A stretch of 55,931 nucleotides of DNA from a virus (taxonomy: Duplodnaviria > Caudoviricetes), in IMG/VR virus record IMGVR_UViG_3300037487_002061, positions 1 to 55,931 of that record; one strand, written 5' to 3'. Shown here in pieces: positions 19,177 through 28,848 of this stretch. The number at the start of each line of letters is the position of its first letter. Position 1 is the stretch's first letter. Below the pieces are notes generated by a model. The model saw only the letters and a list, made by a program, of their open reading frames with translations. It was not told the origin of the DNA and made no database searches. Made by a program: the position numbers and the translations under genes.

Positions 19177-20163
19177 TTACTTCCAAAAAGAATATATATT
19201 TTTCTCTACTTCGTAAAGCATTTTTTTAACATTTCTTTTTGGTTGATCCTTCGCCCATAAAAACATTTTATCAATTAAATTTTCTAATGAGGTGTTGTCT
19301 TGAAATTCTAATAATAATTTAGCTTTTGCATGATCACAAAAAGCATGTTTTACTTCGCGTCTATTTTCTTTATGTTCAATAGTTGGACTATATCCATATT
19401 TTAAACCAACTTTTTTAACAATTTCGGCAACTTGGCTTATTGACCAATATTTATCGGCCCCAATATTAAAAATTTCTCCATCAAAATTATTAATTAATTT
19501 TTCAAAAGGTTCCATGTAATATTTAATATCAGAAAAAGCTCTTGTTTGTTCTCCATCTCCATATATAAACATTGGTTGATTTGTAATTGTTTTATATATA
19601 AAAATACCAATTACATTTCTATATCTATCCCATATATTTTGATAAATCCCTAAAACATTATGAGGTCTAACTATATTATATTTTAATCCAAATTGTTCAT
19701 AACAAGTTTTTAAGTCCATTTCAACGGCATATTTAGCAATTCCATATGGATCTATTGGTTGAGGAATCATATTTTCTTTGAATGGAGCTTCTTGATTTCC
19801 ATAAACGGCCATTGAAGAAGTAAATATTAATTTACAATCATGTTTTATGCATTCATTAATAACAGAAGAAGAAGCTATTACATTATTTTTATAATTAAAA
19901 CATCGAATAAATGGAGATAATCCTTCTGCGGCATAAGCTGCAAAATGAAAAACTACATCTGGTTTATGTAGAGTAAAAATATCAGAGACATCTTCCTCTC
20001 CTAGAATTTTATTGTAAAATATAAAATTTTTATTTTCTGGAAGTAAATCTTTATAGCCTCCAGAAAAATCATCTATTCCTATTATTTGATAGCCTTTATT
20101 TAGTAAATATCTACAAAAATTATTTCCTAAAAGACCTGCTACTCCAGTAATTAAAATTTTCAT
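19177..20163 (-). CDS. NAD-dependent sugar epimerase/dehydratase
   Basis: ITGVAGLLG, TSSMAVYG, YGIAK, GDGEQTRAF. Confidence 0.9.
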   Translation of the reverse strand: MKILITGVAGLLGNNFCRYLLNKGYQIIGIDDFSGGYKDLLPENKNFIFYNKILGEEDVSDIFTLHKPDVVFHFAAYAAEGLSPFIRCFNYKNNVIASSSVINECIKHDCKLIFTSSMAVYGNQEAPFKENMIPQPIDPYGIAKYAVEMDLKTCYEQFGLKYNIVRPHNVLGIYQNIWDRYRNVIGIFIYKTITNQPMFIYGDGEQTRAFSDIKYYMEPFEKLINNFDGEIFNIGADKYWSISQVAEIVKKVGLKYGYSPTIEHKENRREVKHAFCDHAKAKLLLEFQDNTSLENLIDKMFLWAKDQPKRNVKKMLYEVEKNIYSFWK

Positions 20164-20726
20164 TGTTTTTTAAATGAACCCCATAAATTATTTTTTGCCT
20201 CATTAAATAAATATGGTTGTAAATTCAATTTATCAACGGCCCCTTTAATCGCAAACATATAGCTTTCTGCAATAGAAGGCCAATTAATTTCTGATTGAAT
20301 TCTATTATATGTTTCTGAATCATCCATAAAATCATGACACATGATAATATCTCCAGATTTTAAGCTTTCACTAAATACATTAAATTCGTGATTTTTATTA
20401 CCTCCATCACATAATAGTAATGTTTGTCCTTCAGATGAGATTAAATCATGAATCTCTTGAGAAGCTTCAGAAAAAACATTTTTTTGAATAAAATTAATAT
20501 TTTCTTTTTGTGGGTCAATCATTAAATATTCATCCGTTATATCAAATGAATAAATATCACATTTTTCAGGTCTATTATCGCTTAACCATAATGTTAAGCC
20601 GCCTCTATTAGTTCCAATTTCTATAATTCTAGAAAAAGAATTTTCTAGAATTACTTTTTTGAAAAAAATGTCAATAGTATTTGTTTGAGCTAAACAAATA
20701 TTTTTATAAAAGTAAAATGGTTCCAT
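20160..20726 (-). CDS. CmcI-like SAM-dependent methyltransferase
   Basis: IIEIGTNRGG, SFDI, LCDGG, MCHD. Confidence 0.7.
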   Translation of the reverse strand: MEPFYFYKNICLAQTNTIDIFFKKVILENSFSRIIEIGTNRGGLTLWLSDNRPEKCDIYSFDITDEYLMIDPQKENINFIQKNVFSEASQEIHDLISSEGQTLLLCDGGNKNHEFNVFSESLKSGDIIMCHDFMDDSETYNRIQSEINWPSIAESYMFAIKGAVDKLNLQPYLFNEAKNNLWGSFKKQ

Positions 20727-20768
20727 ATTAAAAATTAATGTTGTTGTATTATTTGTAAATTTAAATTA

Positions 20769-21308
20769 TTAATCATCTTTTTCTATTAAAATCATAACAT
20801 TATCTGATAAAGGTCTTTCATGTCTTAAATCTATTATTTTAACATTTTTATATAAATTTAAAAAATAATTTTTGTCTTTATCAATATTTTGAATATCTTC
20901 AATAATATATTTTCCTTTATTTTTTAATTTTTTAAATAAAAATTCAAATGATATTAATTGATCATCAAGTCTATGACTTCCATCATCAATAATATAATCA
21001 AAATATTCATCATTGAAAATATCACTAAATTCTTTTTTACATGCATTATTCTGTATAAATTTCCATCCTGTTTCTGGATAAATATAGTTTTTATGAATAT
21101 CAACTGCTATTATTTCGCTATTATCAAAATAATCAGCCCACATCATAGCACTGTCTCCCCTTGCACAACCAATTTCTAGTAGTTTAATATTAGATGTTTT
21201 TTCTAGAATTTTCTCGTAAGAATCTATATAAGAATGTAAACCACCCTTATCACCACTTCCTCCGTTTGGATTTTCATATTTTTTAAAGCTGTTAAATAAT
21301 TTTTTCAT
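20769..21308 (-). CDS. Class I SAM-dependent (sugar O-) methyltransferase
   Basis: LLEIGCARG, FDYIIDDGSH, YIIED. Confidence 0.82.
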   Translation of the reverse strand: MKKLFNSFKKYENPNGGSGDKGGLHSYIDSYEKILEKTSNIKLLEIGCARGDSAMMWADYFDNSEIIAVDIHKNYIYPETGWKFIQNNACKKEFSDIFNDEYFDYIIDDGSHRLDDQLISFEFLFKKLKNKGKYIIEDIQNIDKDKNYFLNLYKNVKIIDLRHERPLSDNVMILIEKDD

Positions 21309-21350
21309 AAATTTATATTTATTTTATGTTTTTAATATACATTTTTCTAA

Positions 21351-22109
21351 TCATACTTCAATGAATGAATAATTATGTATAAAATCTTTTCCATTAAATG
21401 GTCTACTAAATTCTTCTTCTATAATTTGATTCCAGTTTTTATCATTTGAATGACCCCAAGAAGAAACTTTTCTCAATAATTTAATTTTACATTCTTCTTC
21501 TGAATTTCCTTTTGCCCAACTATAATGATGTATAAGTGGCAAATTTATTAAAGATTTAACGTTTCTATGGCAAGGGTCTTTTAATAAATTCCATCTTTCA
21601 TGAGTTGACATAAAATCTTCATAAAATAAAATATTTTTTTTGCATAAAACTGGACCCTCTTCCCAAGTTGTTGCTTGATATTTTTTATTTCTAAAATACC
21701 AATAAACATTAAATATGTAAGAATTATATTGATTTAAATCTATTGACTCAATCCATTTTTTCATCTCGTCTCCATCAATTATTTCATCACCATCTAAAAA
21801 TAAAATATAATCATATTTAGCTTTAATATTATTATTAAAGCGAGTTATATTGTGCCAATATTTGAAACACATAGTTTGATTTTCAGATTTTTCTTCTACA
21901 ATTGGATTGTATGAAATTTTATTAAAATTAGCTTTATTTTTTAACAGATTTTTTGTTTTTTCTATTAAGTTTTTATTTTCATCTTCTCCGTTGAAAAATT
22001 TATCAACATATGATATTTGAATATCATCAGTAACTTTTAGAGCTTCTGTTATAGCTTTTTCCAAAAATTCAAAATCATTTGAGGAATAGTTATAAGAAAT
22101 TGTTATCAT
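21351..22109 (-). CDS. GT-A fold (GT2-like) glycosyltransferase
   Basis: YILFLDGDE DxD motif, HHYSW. Confidence 0.75.
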   Translation of the reverse strand: MITISYNYSSNDFEFLEKAITEALKVTDDIQISYVDKFFNGEDENKNLIEKTKNLLKNKANFNKISYNPIVEEKSENQTMCFKYWHNITRFNNNIKAKYDYILFLDGDEIIDGDEMKKWIESIDLNQYNSYIFNVYWYFRNKKYQATTWEEGPVLCKKNILFYEDFMSTHERWNLLKDPCHRNVKSLINLPLIHHYSWAKGNSEEECKIKLLRKVSSWGHSNDKNWNQIIEEEFSRPFNGKDFIHNYSFIEV

Positions 22110-22114
22110 AAATT

Positions 22115-22909
22115 TTAAATTTTTGACTTTATATAATTTATTAAAGAATTTTCGCTATAGTAATTCTTCCAAGCATTATATGAATTGGTGCATGAATTTT
22201 CTAATTTTTCTTTATTATTTAAAAGATCTACTATTAGATCAACAATTGATACTTCATCATTCCAATTTACTTTATAATAAAATTCTTTATCATAAAGCCA
22301 ATTTTTTGGTAAATTTTCACTTGCAATAATAGTACATCCAAAAATACAAGATTCAAAAAATCTAAAATTTTCTGGAGTTATTTGTCCATCTAAACATAGA
22401 GATATTTTTGAATTACATAAATTTTCAGAATATTCTAACATATTAGAGCTTTGTTTAAAACATGCTGATATAGATAAATTTCTTTTTTGTAATTCTTGTA
22501 TAATTGAATTTACTATAGAATATCTTGTTGTATGAAAGTTTCCTTGAAATGAAATATCGTATGATCTTTCATTAATATTTTTAAAAGGAAGTTTAACTAA
22601 TGATTTGTTATAGCCTTGTGGTATAGGAAATATTTTTAATTCTTCTTGTTCGGGAAATACATAATTTTTAAAAACAACTTTAATATTATTTATATAAGAA
22701 GGCGCTGTGTATTTTTCATCTGAAATTAAAAAAATAATACAATCTTTTTTATCATTGATTGGAAGTGTTTCTAAATTATCTGTAAAAATTATAGTTTCAT
22801 TTTCAAAAAAAATATCTTCTTGCATTAGCCTAAAGATATTAGAATAATATCTCCATTCCCATGACTCTTCATTTTTAAGTCTATTTGATTTATCTATTAT
22901 AAGTTTCAT
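22115..22909 (-). CDS. Exostosin-like/GT-B glycosyltransferase
   Basis: DISFQG...SKISLCLDG...FRFFES...G. Confidence 0.65.
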   Translation of the reverse strand: MKLIIDKSNRLKNEESWEWRYYSNIFRLMQEDIFFENETIIFTDNLETLPINDKKDCIIFLISDEKYTAPSYINNIKVVFKNYVFPEQEELKIFPIPQGYNKSLVKLPFKNINERSYDISFQGNFHTTRYSIVNSIIQELQKRNLSISACFKQSSNMLEYSENLCNSKISLCLDGQITPENFRFFESCIFGCTIIASENLPKNWLYDKEFYYKVNWNDEVSIVDLIVDLLNNKEKLENSCTNSYNAWKNYYSENSLINYIKSKI

Positions 22910-23503
22910 TTAATTAAGTTTTTCATGAAATCCAAATGTTTCCTTACTTAAATGTGCATTATTATTTTCTTTTGAAAATAAATCACATATATTAGATTCA
23001 CCAAATTTAATGTTATTATCTAAAAAATATTTTCTATTTTTAGAACAAAGAAACCAATCTTCTGGAGTTATATCATAAAAAGGGCTACATTGACTATACT
23101 TTAATTTAGAGCTTAATTCTAGAAATTTTTTACTTCTAAGGCAAAAACCACCATTTCCACAAATATTTTCATTTGGCCACATAGCTCCAATATAATCATA
23201 TTTTAAAAAATTTTCATTCCATAATTCTGGATTTATAATATATCCATCTTCTTGTACTATTAAAGTAAAATCAGTAAAAATATAATTATTTAAATCTTCT
23301 ACAATAAATCTATTATATTCTTGATAGGAAGGAACATTTACTTTTTTTATTTCTATGTCATTTATTGTATGGTTTTCATTTGCAAATAAAATACATTTAT
23401 CAAAATAAGGAAATATATTTTTGCAATGATTTAAAATTTCTAAAGATCTTATTGGTTTATCTGTTGATAAACAGATTATTGAAATTGATTTTTTATTAAT
23501 CAT
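22910..23503 (-). CDS. DUF5672-like glycosyltransferase
   Basis: LIVQEDG, FLKYDYIGA.W, GNGGFCLRS, PED, FGFH. Confidence 0.75.
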   Translation of the reverse strand: MINKKSISIICLSTDKPIRSLEILNHCKNIFPYFDKCILFANENHTINDIEIKKVNVPSYQEYNRFIVEDLNNYIFTDFTLIVQEDGYIINPELWNENFLKYDYIGAMWPNENICGNGGFCLRSKKFLELSSKLKYSQCSPFYDITPEDWFLCSKNRKYFLDNNIKFGESNICDLFSKENNNAHLSKETFGFHEKLN

Positions 23504-23517
23504 ATAATTATAATTAA

Positions 23518-24070
23518 TTATTTTTTTGTAAGTCTTAAATGAACTTGATCGTCTGTAATTACCTCTATATTAAATAAATCTCTATATTTATTTTTTACAT
23601 AATTAATCATATCATCTTTAAAGTAATGAAGTTCAATAACAATTTCTTTATATTCTCTTTCGTCAAAATTTATACTATCTAAAATATCAATATCTGCCCC
23701 TTCAACATCAATACTAAAAAAATCTATAACATTAATATTGTTATCTTCTAAAAGTTTATTTATATTAGCTGTTGGTACTTCAATTTTTTGACCAAGAGGT
23801 TCTGATCCAATAAAATATTTTTCAATTCTACCTCCAGCACCAAAAAGATCATAATCAAAAAAAGTAATAGTATCTTTTTTATAATCCCTTGGAACTAAAC
23901 ATTTATTTACAAATATATTTGTATCATTATTTCTATTGGAAACACATTGATTAAACAAATATGGATTTGGCTCTATTAACATTCCATTCCCCACTTTCTT
24001 CTAAAGATTTAGTTTGAGATTGAAAAATACCATCATGCGCTCCGACTTCTATATAGAATTTTTTATTCAT
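23518..24070 (-). pseudogene. FkbM-family methyltransferase interrupted by a frameshift
   Basis: The N-terminus MNKKFYIEVGAHDG...SGEWN (ATG 24070) and the C-terminal GMLIEPNP...FSIDVEG are in different frames; the junction lies at a (GGAAT)2 repeat. Confidence 0.8.
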
Positions 24071-24843
24071 ATTTTTAATTTGTGTTCTTGATAATTTTCT
24101 TGAAAATCTTCTAAGGATTTATGCACTTTATGCTGTGGCTCTTGTCCACCAGATTCTATTTTCCAATGATCTTCCCAGAAATTTTTATTTCTTAGCAATC
24201 TATTATTTAAATCTAGATAGCCATTATGAATAACAAATGGATAATCTTTAGTTCTTAAAGAATCAATATCAAATGGTGTAACTTGAGAATATTTAACTAA
24301 ATTACCATTTTCGTCAATTAATTCACATGTATCGCTTTTAGAGGTATCTACTGTACCATTATCTTTTTTAGCAAAATTTACTGCTCCACGATATAAATTT
24401 GATTTATGTAAATACCATTTTGGAGTAATTGAAAAATAATTATTTATATTTTTGTATAGGTTAATTGATGGAATCATATAACAATCACTATTGTAATCAA
24501 ATTTTAAATTAAAAGCTAGTTTTTTCCAAATTAACTTTTGCCATAATGGTATATATTCATCCATGTCAAGACCGATTTTAATTTCATTTGTTGTAGCTTG
24601 TAACGCTTTATTTTTTATTTTGCCATCTAACAAAGGATCTTCGTAAGAAAAATTAGATTCAATAATTATTAAGTTGCTGTAATAACTTTTTAATTTATTT
24701 AATTCTTCAAAAGTATCATCATCACTACTATTTACGCAAATAACTATCTCTTCTGCAAATAAACAAAAATTATTAATTGCTTCAATAAAATTGAATTTAT
24801 TTTTTAATAAATTAAACGCGCTACTATAAATTGAAATATCCAT
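24067..24843 (-). CDS. GT2-like glycosyltransferase
   Basis: SDDDT, KNKALQ, GLDMDE DxD motif, HNGY. Confidence 0.75.
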   Translation of the reverse strand: MDISIYSSAFNLLKNKFNFIEAINNFCLFAEEIVICVNSSDDDTFEELNKLKSYYSNLIIIESNFSYEDPLLDGKIKNKALQATTNEIKIGLDMDEYIPLWQKLIWKKLAFNLKFDYNSDCYMIPSINLYKNINNYFSITPKWYLHKSNLYRGAVNFAKKDNGTVDTSKSDTCELIDENGNLVKYSQVTPFDIDSLRTKDYPFVIHNGYLDLNNRLLRNKNFWEDHWKIESGGQEPQHKVHKSLEDFQENYQEHKLKI

Positions 24844-24865
24844 TTGTATTAATCTTTTTTAAAAT

Positions 24866-24896
24866 AAAAAACCTCTGAGTTAAAAACTCAGAGGTT
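24866..24896 (-). terminator. Rho-independent terminator
   Basis: AACCTCTGAGTT-aaa-AACTCAGAGGTT with an A-run on its left. Confidence 0.85.
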
Positions 24897-24931
24897 CAAA
24901 TTTATTGAACAATGGTTACTTAACTTTTGTA

Positions 24932-24959
24932 AGTATACCTTATGTTTATTTTATTTCAA
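24932..24959 (-). promoter_or_regulatory. sigma70-type promoter
   Basis: TTGAAA-N16-TATACT on the minus strand. Confidence 0.5.
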
Positions 24960-24968
24960 GAAAAACTT

Positions 24969-25946
24969 TTACAATTCTTCTTCTTCAATGAATGTTTTTA
25001 CATCTTGGAGATCTGGATTTTCTAAGAATAATTCTTCTTGAGAAGCAAAAGTAGAATCGTCCCAATCCCACTCTAATCCATCATCATCGCTCAACAAAAA
25101 CTCTTCAGCAGATGCTAAAGAAGATACTGGTTTAGAACTCCAGAATTTACAGGACCAATAACGAGCTTTATACTTTGGGCCGACATTAGTATCACACTGA
25201 TGTCTAGCTCTAAAATTTTTGCGCCTTGCTGGATCATCACGTTTGATTTCCATATTTGGATCACCAAATTTTACCATTACTACATTACCTTTGTCATTTT
25301 TAACATAAACGCCAAATTTTTTATTTGATCCAGAAGGTAGTCTAAAAGGTTTATTAAGCGTTTTCTTCTCAGCATCAGAGAATTCTAGATCTTCGGCTTC
25401 TTGATCTTGTTCGCAGACTTTAATTTCTGCTGTGATTAAATCTAATTTGGCCAAATAAAATTCAATATCTTCAAAATCCCAAAATGCTTCTCCATCTCTC
25501 TCTATATAATAAAGATCATGTCCTTGAGCGACATCTTGATCGGCTTTTCTATAAGAATCTTTGACGGCTCCACCACGGATCATCTTTAGAAACATATTGA
25601 CTCTAGCCATTGCCCATCCTCCCCTTGTCATTCCGACTCTATGACTAGATGAGAATGCTCCAGCACCACGACGATAAATCTTTTTTAACTGAGAAAGAGT
25701 TACTTTTTTGTCGTATTTTTCGTTATGTTCTTTTGCTTTGTTTTGTAAAGCTTTAGTTACTTTGTCAGAAAATGTAATAGATGATTCTTCACTAGAAGAG
25801 GCTGAGTCTTTTGCGTTTTTAGAAGAACCCTTCTTTCTTTCACTTGGTTTAGCTGGTGTTTGAGCGCCACTTTTTGGCCCAGAACGGGCAGCTTCTGAGT
25901 TATTAGAAAAATATTCTTTTATTTTATCTGAAAAATCAAGTTCCAT
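24969..25946 (-). CDS. Two-domain phage protein, probably head-associated
   Basis: Basic domain (LKKIYRRGAGAF...WAMARVN) plus NKPFR...FGDP...RRKNFRARHQC...YWSC..W domain, separated and ended by acidic tracts. GTGTAA-N9 upstream. Confidence 0.65.
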   Translation of the reverse strand: MELDFSDKIKEYFSNNSEAARSGPKSGAQTPAKPSERKKGSSKNAKDSASSSEESSITFSDKVTKALQNKAKEHNEKYDKKVTLSQLKKIYRRGAGAFSSSHRVGMTRGGWAMARVNMFLKMIRGGAVKDSYRKADQDVAQGHDLYYIERDGEAFWDFEDIEFYLAKLDLITAEIKVCEQDQEAEDLEFSDAEKKTLNKPFRLPSGSNKKFGVYVKNDKGNVVMVKFGDPNMEIKRDDPARRKNFRARHQCDTNVGPKYKARYWSCKFWSSKPVSSLASAEEFLLSDDDGLEWDWDDSTFASQEELFLENPDLQDVKTFIEEEEL

Positions 25947-25968
25947 ATATTATCGTTACACTTTTTTA

Positions 25969-27618
25969 TTAAGATTCGCATGTAGAACATGCATTAATTG
26001 ATCTGGCTAGTTCTTGTGATGGATTGCTTGAGCGCTGATAATACAAACTTTTAACTCCCTGTTCCCAAGCAAAAATCATAAGTTCATTGATATCTTTGGG
26101 CTTGGTATTTGCTGGAACCATGATATTAAGGCTTTGTCCTTGATCAATATATTTTTGTCTTTGCGCTGCTTGAATAACAATTTCTTTTTGAGAAATTTCT
26201 CCAAAGTTCTTGAATACGTCTTTTTCTTCTTGAGTAAAGAAAGAAAGGTGTTGAACAGATCCTCCATGTGAAAGAATATCTCTCCATGTTTCTGGAGTAT
26301 TCATGTTTTTTTCTTTAAGTAATGTATAAAGATATGGATTTTTATATGTAAATTTTCCTTTAGCTAAATCTTTTGTGAAGTAATTACTGTTAAGCGGTTC
26401 AATAGATGGCGATACTTGTCCCAAAATAAATGAGCTAGAAGTTGTTGGCGCTACGGCAAGAGTAGTCGAATTTCGACGGCCATATCCTTTGAGCAAATCT
26501 GGTTCGCCAAAGAGTTCTGCTAATTCTTGTGTTGCTTTATCCGCCTTTTCGCGAATTGTTTTCCAGATATTAATATTAAGAATTTTTGCGTCCATTGATT
26601 CAAAAGCAATAAGCTTAGATTGAAGTAACGAGTGCCATCCAAGAACTCCTACGCCTAATGCTCTTTGGTTGATTGCAAATTTTCTTGGCGCTTCCATAAA
26701 TTGGACTCCTTCTGTTTTTTCAATAAATTCAGACATGACTGCATCTAAGAAATAAATAAGAATCTCTACTGCATCAGTATTAGCTATAGAATCCCATTGC
26801 TCTAAGTTTAGAGATGAAAGATTACAAACAAATGATTCATCTTCTTGATTAGAAAGAAAAATTTCTGAGCAAAGATTGCTATTATTAATTTTTAATCCTT
26901 TATCTTTGTAGACTTGCGGAGCTTGATCATTTGCATTATCAGAAAAGAAGATATAAGGATATCCTGTTTCAAATCTTTTCTTGATGACAAGACCCCAGAT
27001 TTTTCTGTGATCTTTATTACCATCAATCATCTTTTGCATCCATTCGTTAGACACGCAAACTCCAATTGACATATCTTGGATCTCATGTCCATCTCCTTTA
27101 ATTTTTAAGAATTCTTCGATATCTGGATGATCAATAGGAAGATAACCAGCAAAAGATCCACGGCGAACATTGCCTTGCGATACCACGCCCATAAGTTTGT
27201 CATAAAGCTCCATGAAGTGAACTGAGCCAGTAGACTCTCCACCAGAATTGATGGAAGCTCCCCTACCGCGAAGTGCGCCAAAATAAGCAGAAGTTCCTCC
27301 TCCCATTTTCGTCATAATTCCAACCTCAGAAAGCTTACCAAGAATACCAGACATTGTGTCTGGAATGTAAGAACCAAAACAAGAAATAGGGAGGCCTCTT
27401 TTGCGTCCAAAATTTGACCAGATTGGACTCGATAAAGAGTAGAAACCCTTTGCCATATATCCTTCAAACTTTTTAGCAAATCCATCAATACCTAAATATT
27501 TTTCGGCAGTGTTTGCAATATCCAGAATTCTTTGTTCTGGGGTTTCTCCTTCAGTGAGGTATCCTCTTTCCAGAAACTTTCTGGAATCTTTGTTTAGCCA
27601 ATAATATTCAGTAGTCAT
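25969..27618 (-). CDS. nrdA: Ribonucleotide reductase class Ia alpha subunit (no ATP cone)
   Basis: ISCF, SNLCSEI, VCNL, APTTSSS, DQGQS, KSLYY, C-terminal CSTC. Confidence 0.95.
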   Translation of the reverse strand: MTTEYYWLNKDSRKFLERGYLTEGETPEQRILDIANTAEKYLGIDGFAKKFEGYMAKGFYSLSSPIWSNFGRKRGLPISCFGSYIPDTMSGILGKLSEVGIMTKMGGGTSAYFGALRGRGASINSGGESTGSVHFMELYDKLMGVVSQGNVRRGSFAGYLPIDHPDIEEFLKIKGDGHEIQDMSIGVCVSNEWMQKMIDGNKDHRKIWGLVIKKRFETGYPYIFFSDNANDQAPQVYKDKGLKINNSNLCSEIFLSNQEDESFVCNLSSLNLEQWDSIANTDAVEILIYFLDAVMSEFIEKTEGVQFMEAPRKFAINQRALGVGVLGWHSLLQSKLIAFESMDAKILNINIWKTIREKADKATQELAELFGEPDLLKGYGRRNSTTLAVAPTTSSSFILGQVSPSIEPLNSNYFTKDLAKGKFTYKNPYLYTLLKEKNMNTPETWRDILSHGGSVQHLSFFTQEEKDVFKNFGEISQKEIVIQAAQRQKYIDQGQSLNIMVPANTKPKDINELMIFAWEQGVKSLYYQRSSNPSQELARSINACSTCES

Positions 27619-27620
27619 AA

Positions 27621-28592
27621 TTAAAATAGATCGTCTTCACCAAACGATTGGTTCTTCTTGGAATATTCTGTTGGGCGACTGTGGAAAAAGTCAGTCATAT
27701 TATTCCCCAGAAGTTCTTCGTCAAACCAAGTAGTTAATGATAACACATCTTCATCTATTTTAAAGACTTTTTTGAAACCAATTTGCGTTAATGATTCGTT
27801 AATGCGATTTTTAATAAATTCTTTTAAGATTGGAGCAGAAAGAGACTTTTCTTCAATACCATTAATCATCCAATCAACAATTTTGCTTTCTGATTCAAAC
27901 GCTTGTTCTGCTTCGTGAGCAATTCTGCTTTCTAGATCTTCATCAAACAATTCTGGATATTCTTCACGAATAGTATTAATAATTTTAATTCCAACAAGAG
28001 CGTGAATATTTTCTTCGTTCCTAGTATACTTAACTTGCTGATCGGTATCCTTCATAACGTTCTTGAAACGCGCAAAATGATTGATAATATAAAATTGAGA
28101 AAACAAAGAAACATTCTCAACAAACAGAGTAAAAAGAATCAAAGCATAAAGATATTGCTTTTTGGAGTCTTTGTAAAACCTATGCGTATATTTTCTCAAA
28201 TACTTTACTCGCCCCTGAATCCATTCTAATTTGAGGTTCTCCTCAAATATGTCTTCAATATCCAAAGCGTTGAGAAGACGCTCGTAAGCATTGTTATGAA
28301 TAACCTCTGTGTTCGCCATAACATAACCCAGATCCTGCAAAGATGGATGAGGCAAATTGTCACCAAGTTTTGCCCAAAAAGACTTTACCGCAACCTCGAT
28401 TTGCCCAATAGCAGATAAAGTTCTAACAAGAATCTCTTTTTCTTGCTCAGTCAGATTAACCTTGAATTGCTGGACATCAGATTTAAATGAAAACTCTTTA
28501 TCTGTCCAAAATCCATTGTGCATAGCCTCAATAAATTGTTCAGTCCACGGATATTTATTAGGCTTGCGGGATATTTGTTCTTCGAAGATCAT
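27621..28592 (-). CDS. nrdB: Ribonucleotide reductase class Ia beta subunit
   Basis: GFWT, QIE, EVIHNNAY, FVEN, EENIH, DFF...Y. Confidence 0.95.
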   Translation of the reverse strand: MIFEEQISRKPNKYPWTEQFIEAMHNGFWTDKEFSFKSDVQQFKVNLTEQEKEILVRTLSAIGQIEVAVKSFWAKLGDNLPHPSLQDLGYVMANTEVIHNNAYERLLNALDIEDIFEENLKLEWIQGRVKYLRKYTHRFYKDSKKQYLYALILFTLFVENVSLFSQFYIINHFARFKNVMKDTDQQVKYTRNEENIHALVGIKIINTIREEYPELFDEDLESRIAHEAEQAFESESKIVDWMINGIEEKSLSAPILKEFIKNRINESLTQIGFKKVFKIDEDVLSLTTWFDEELLGNNMTDFFHSRPTEYSKKNQSFGEDDLF

Positions 28593-28663
28593 AGTTATTT
28601 TTACACACTTTAGCAGTTGATTTTTATTTTGGCAAGAAGTTTTTGTAAAATAAAAACTTTCCC

Positions 28664-28696
28664 TATATTATTACGAACGTAGTGAGTAATAATATA
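28664..28696. repeat. Perfect 11-bp inverted repeat
   Basis: TATATTATTAC-gaacgtagtga-GTAATAATATA in the divergent intergenic region. Confidence 0.85.
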
Positions 28697-28758
28697 CGCA
28701 ACCTTTACATTTAATCTTAAATTAAAATTAATTTAAATTAAACGCGAACCCTTTACAT

Positions 28759-28828
28759 ATTATATAAAGCTTTTTTTGTTTGTCAATAAGAAAATTTAAC
28801 TTGAAAAGAAAAAGAACTTATGTAAAAT
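28759..28828. promoter_or_regulatory. Back-to-back sigma70-type promoters
   Basis: Minus strand TTGACA(28786)-N16-TATAAT; plus strand TTGAAA(28801)-N16-TAAAAT. Confidence 0.6.
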
Positions 28829-28848
28829 GATTTTGTGATTGAGAAATT

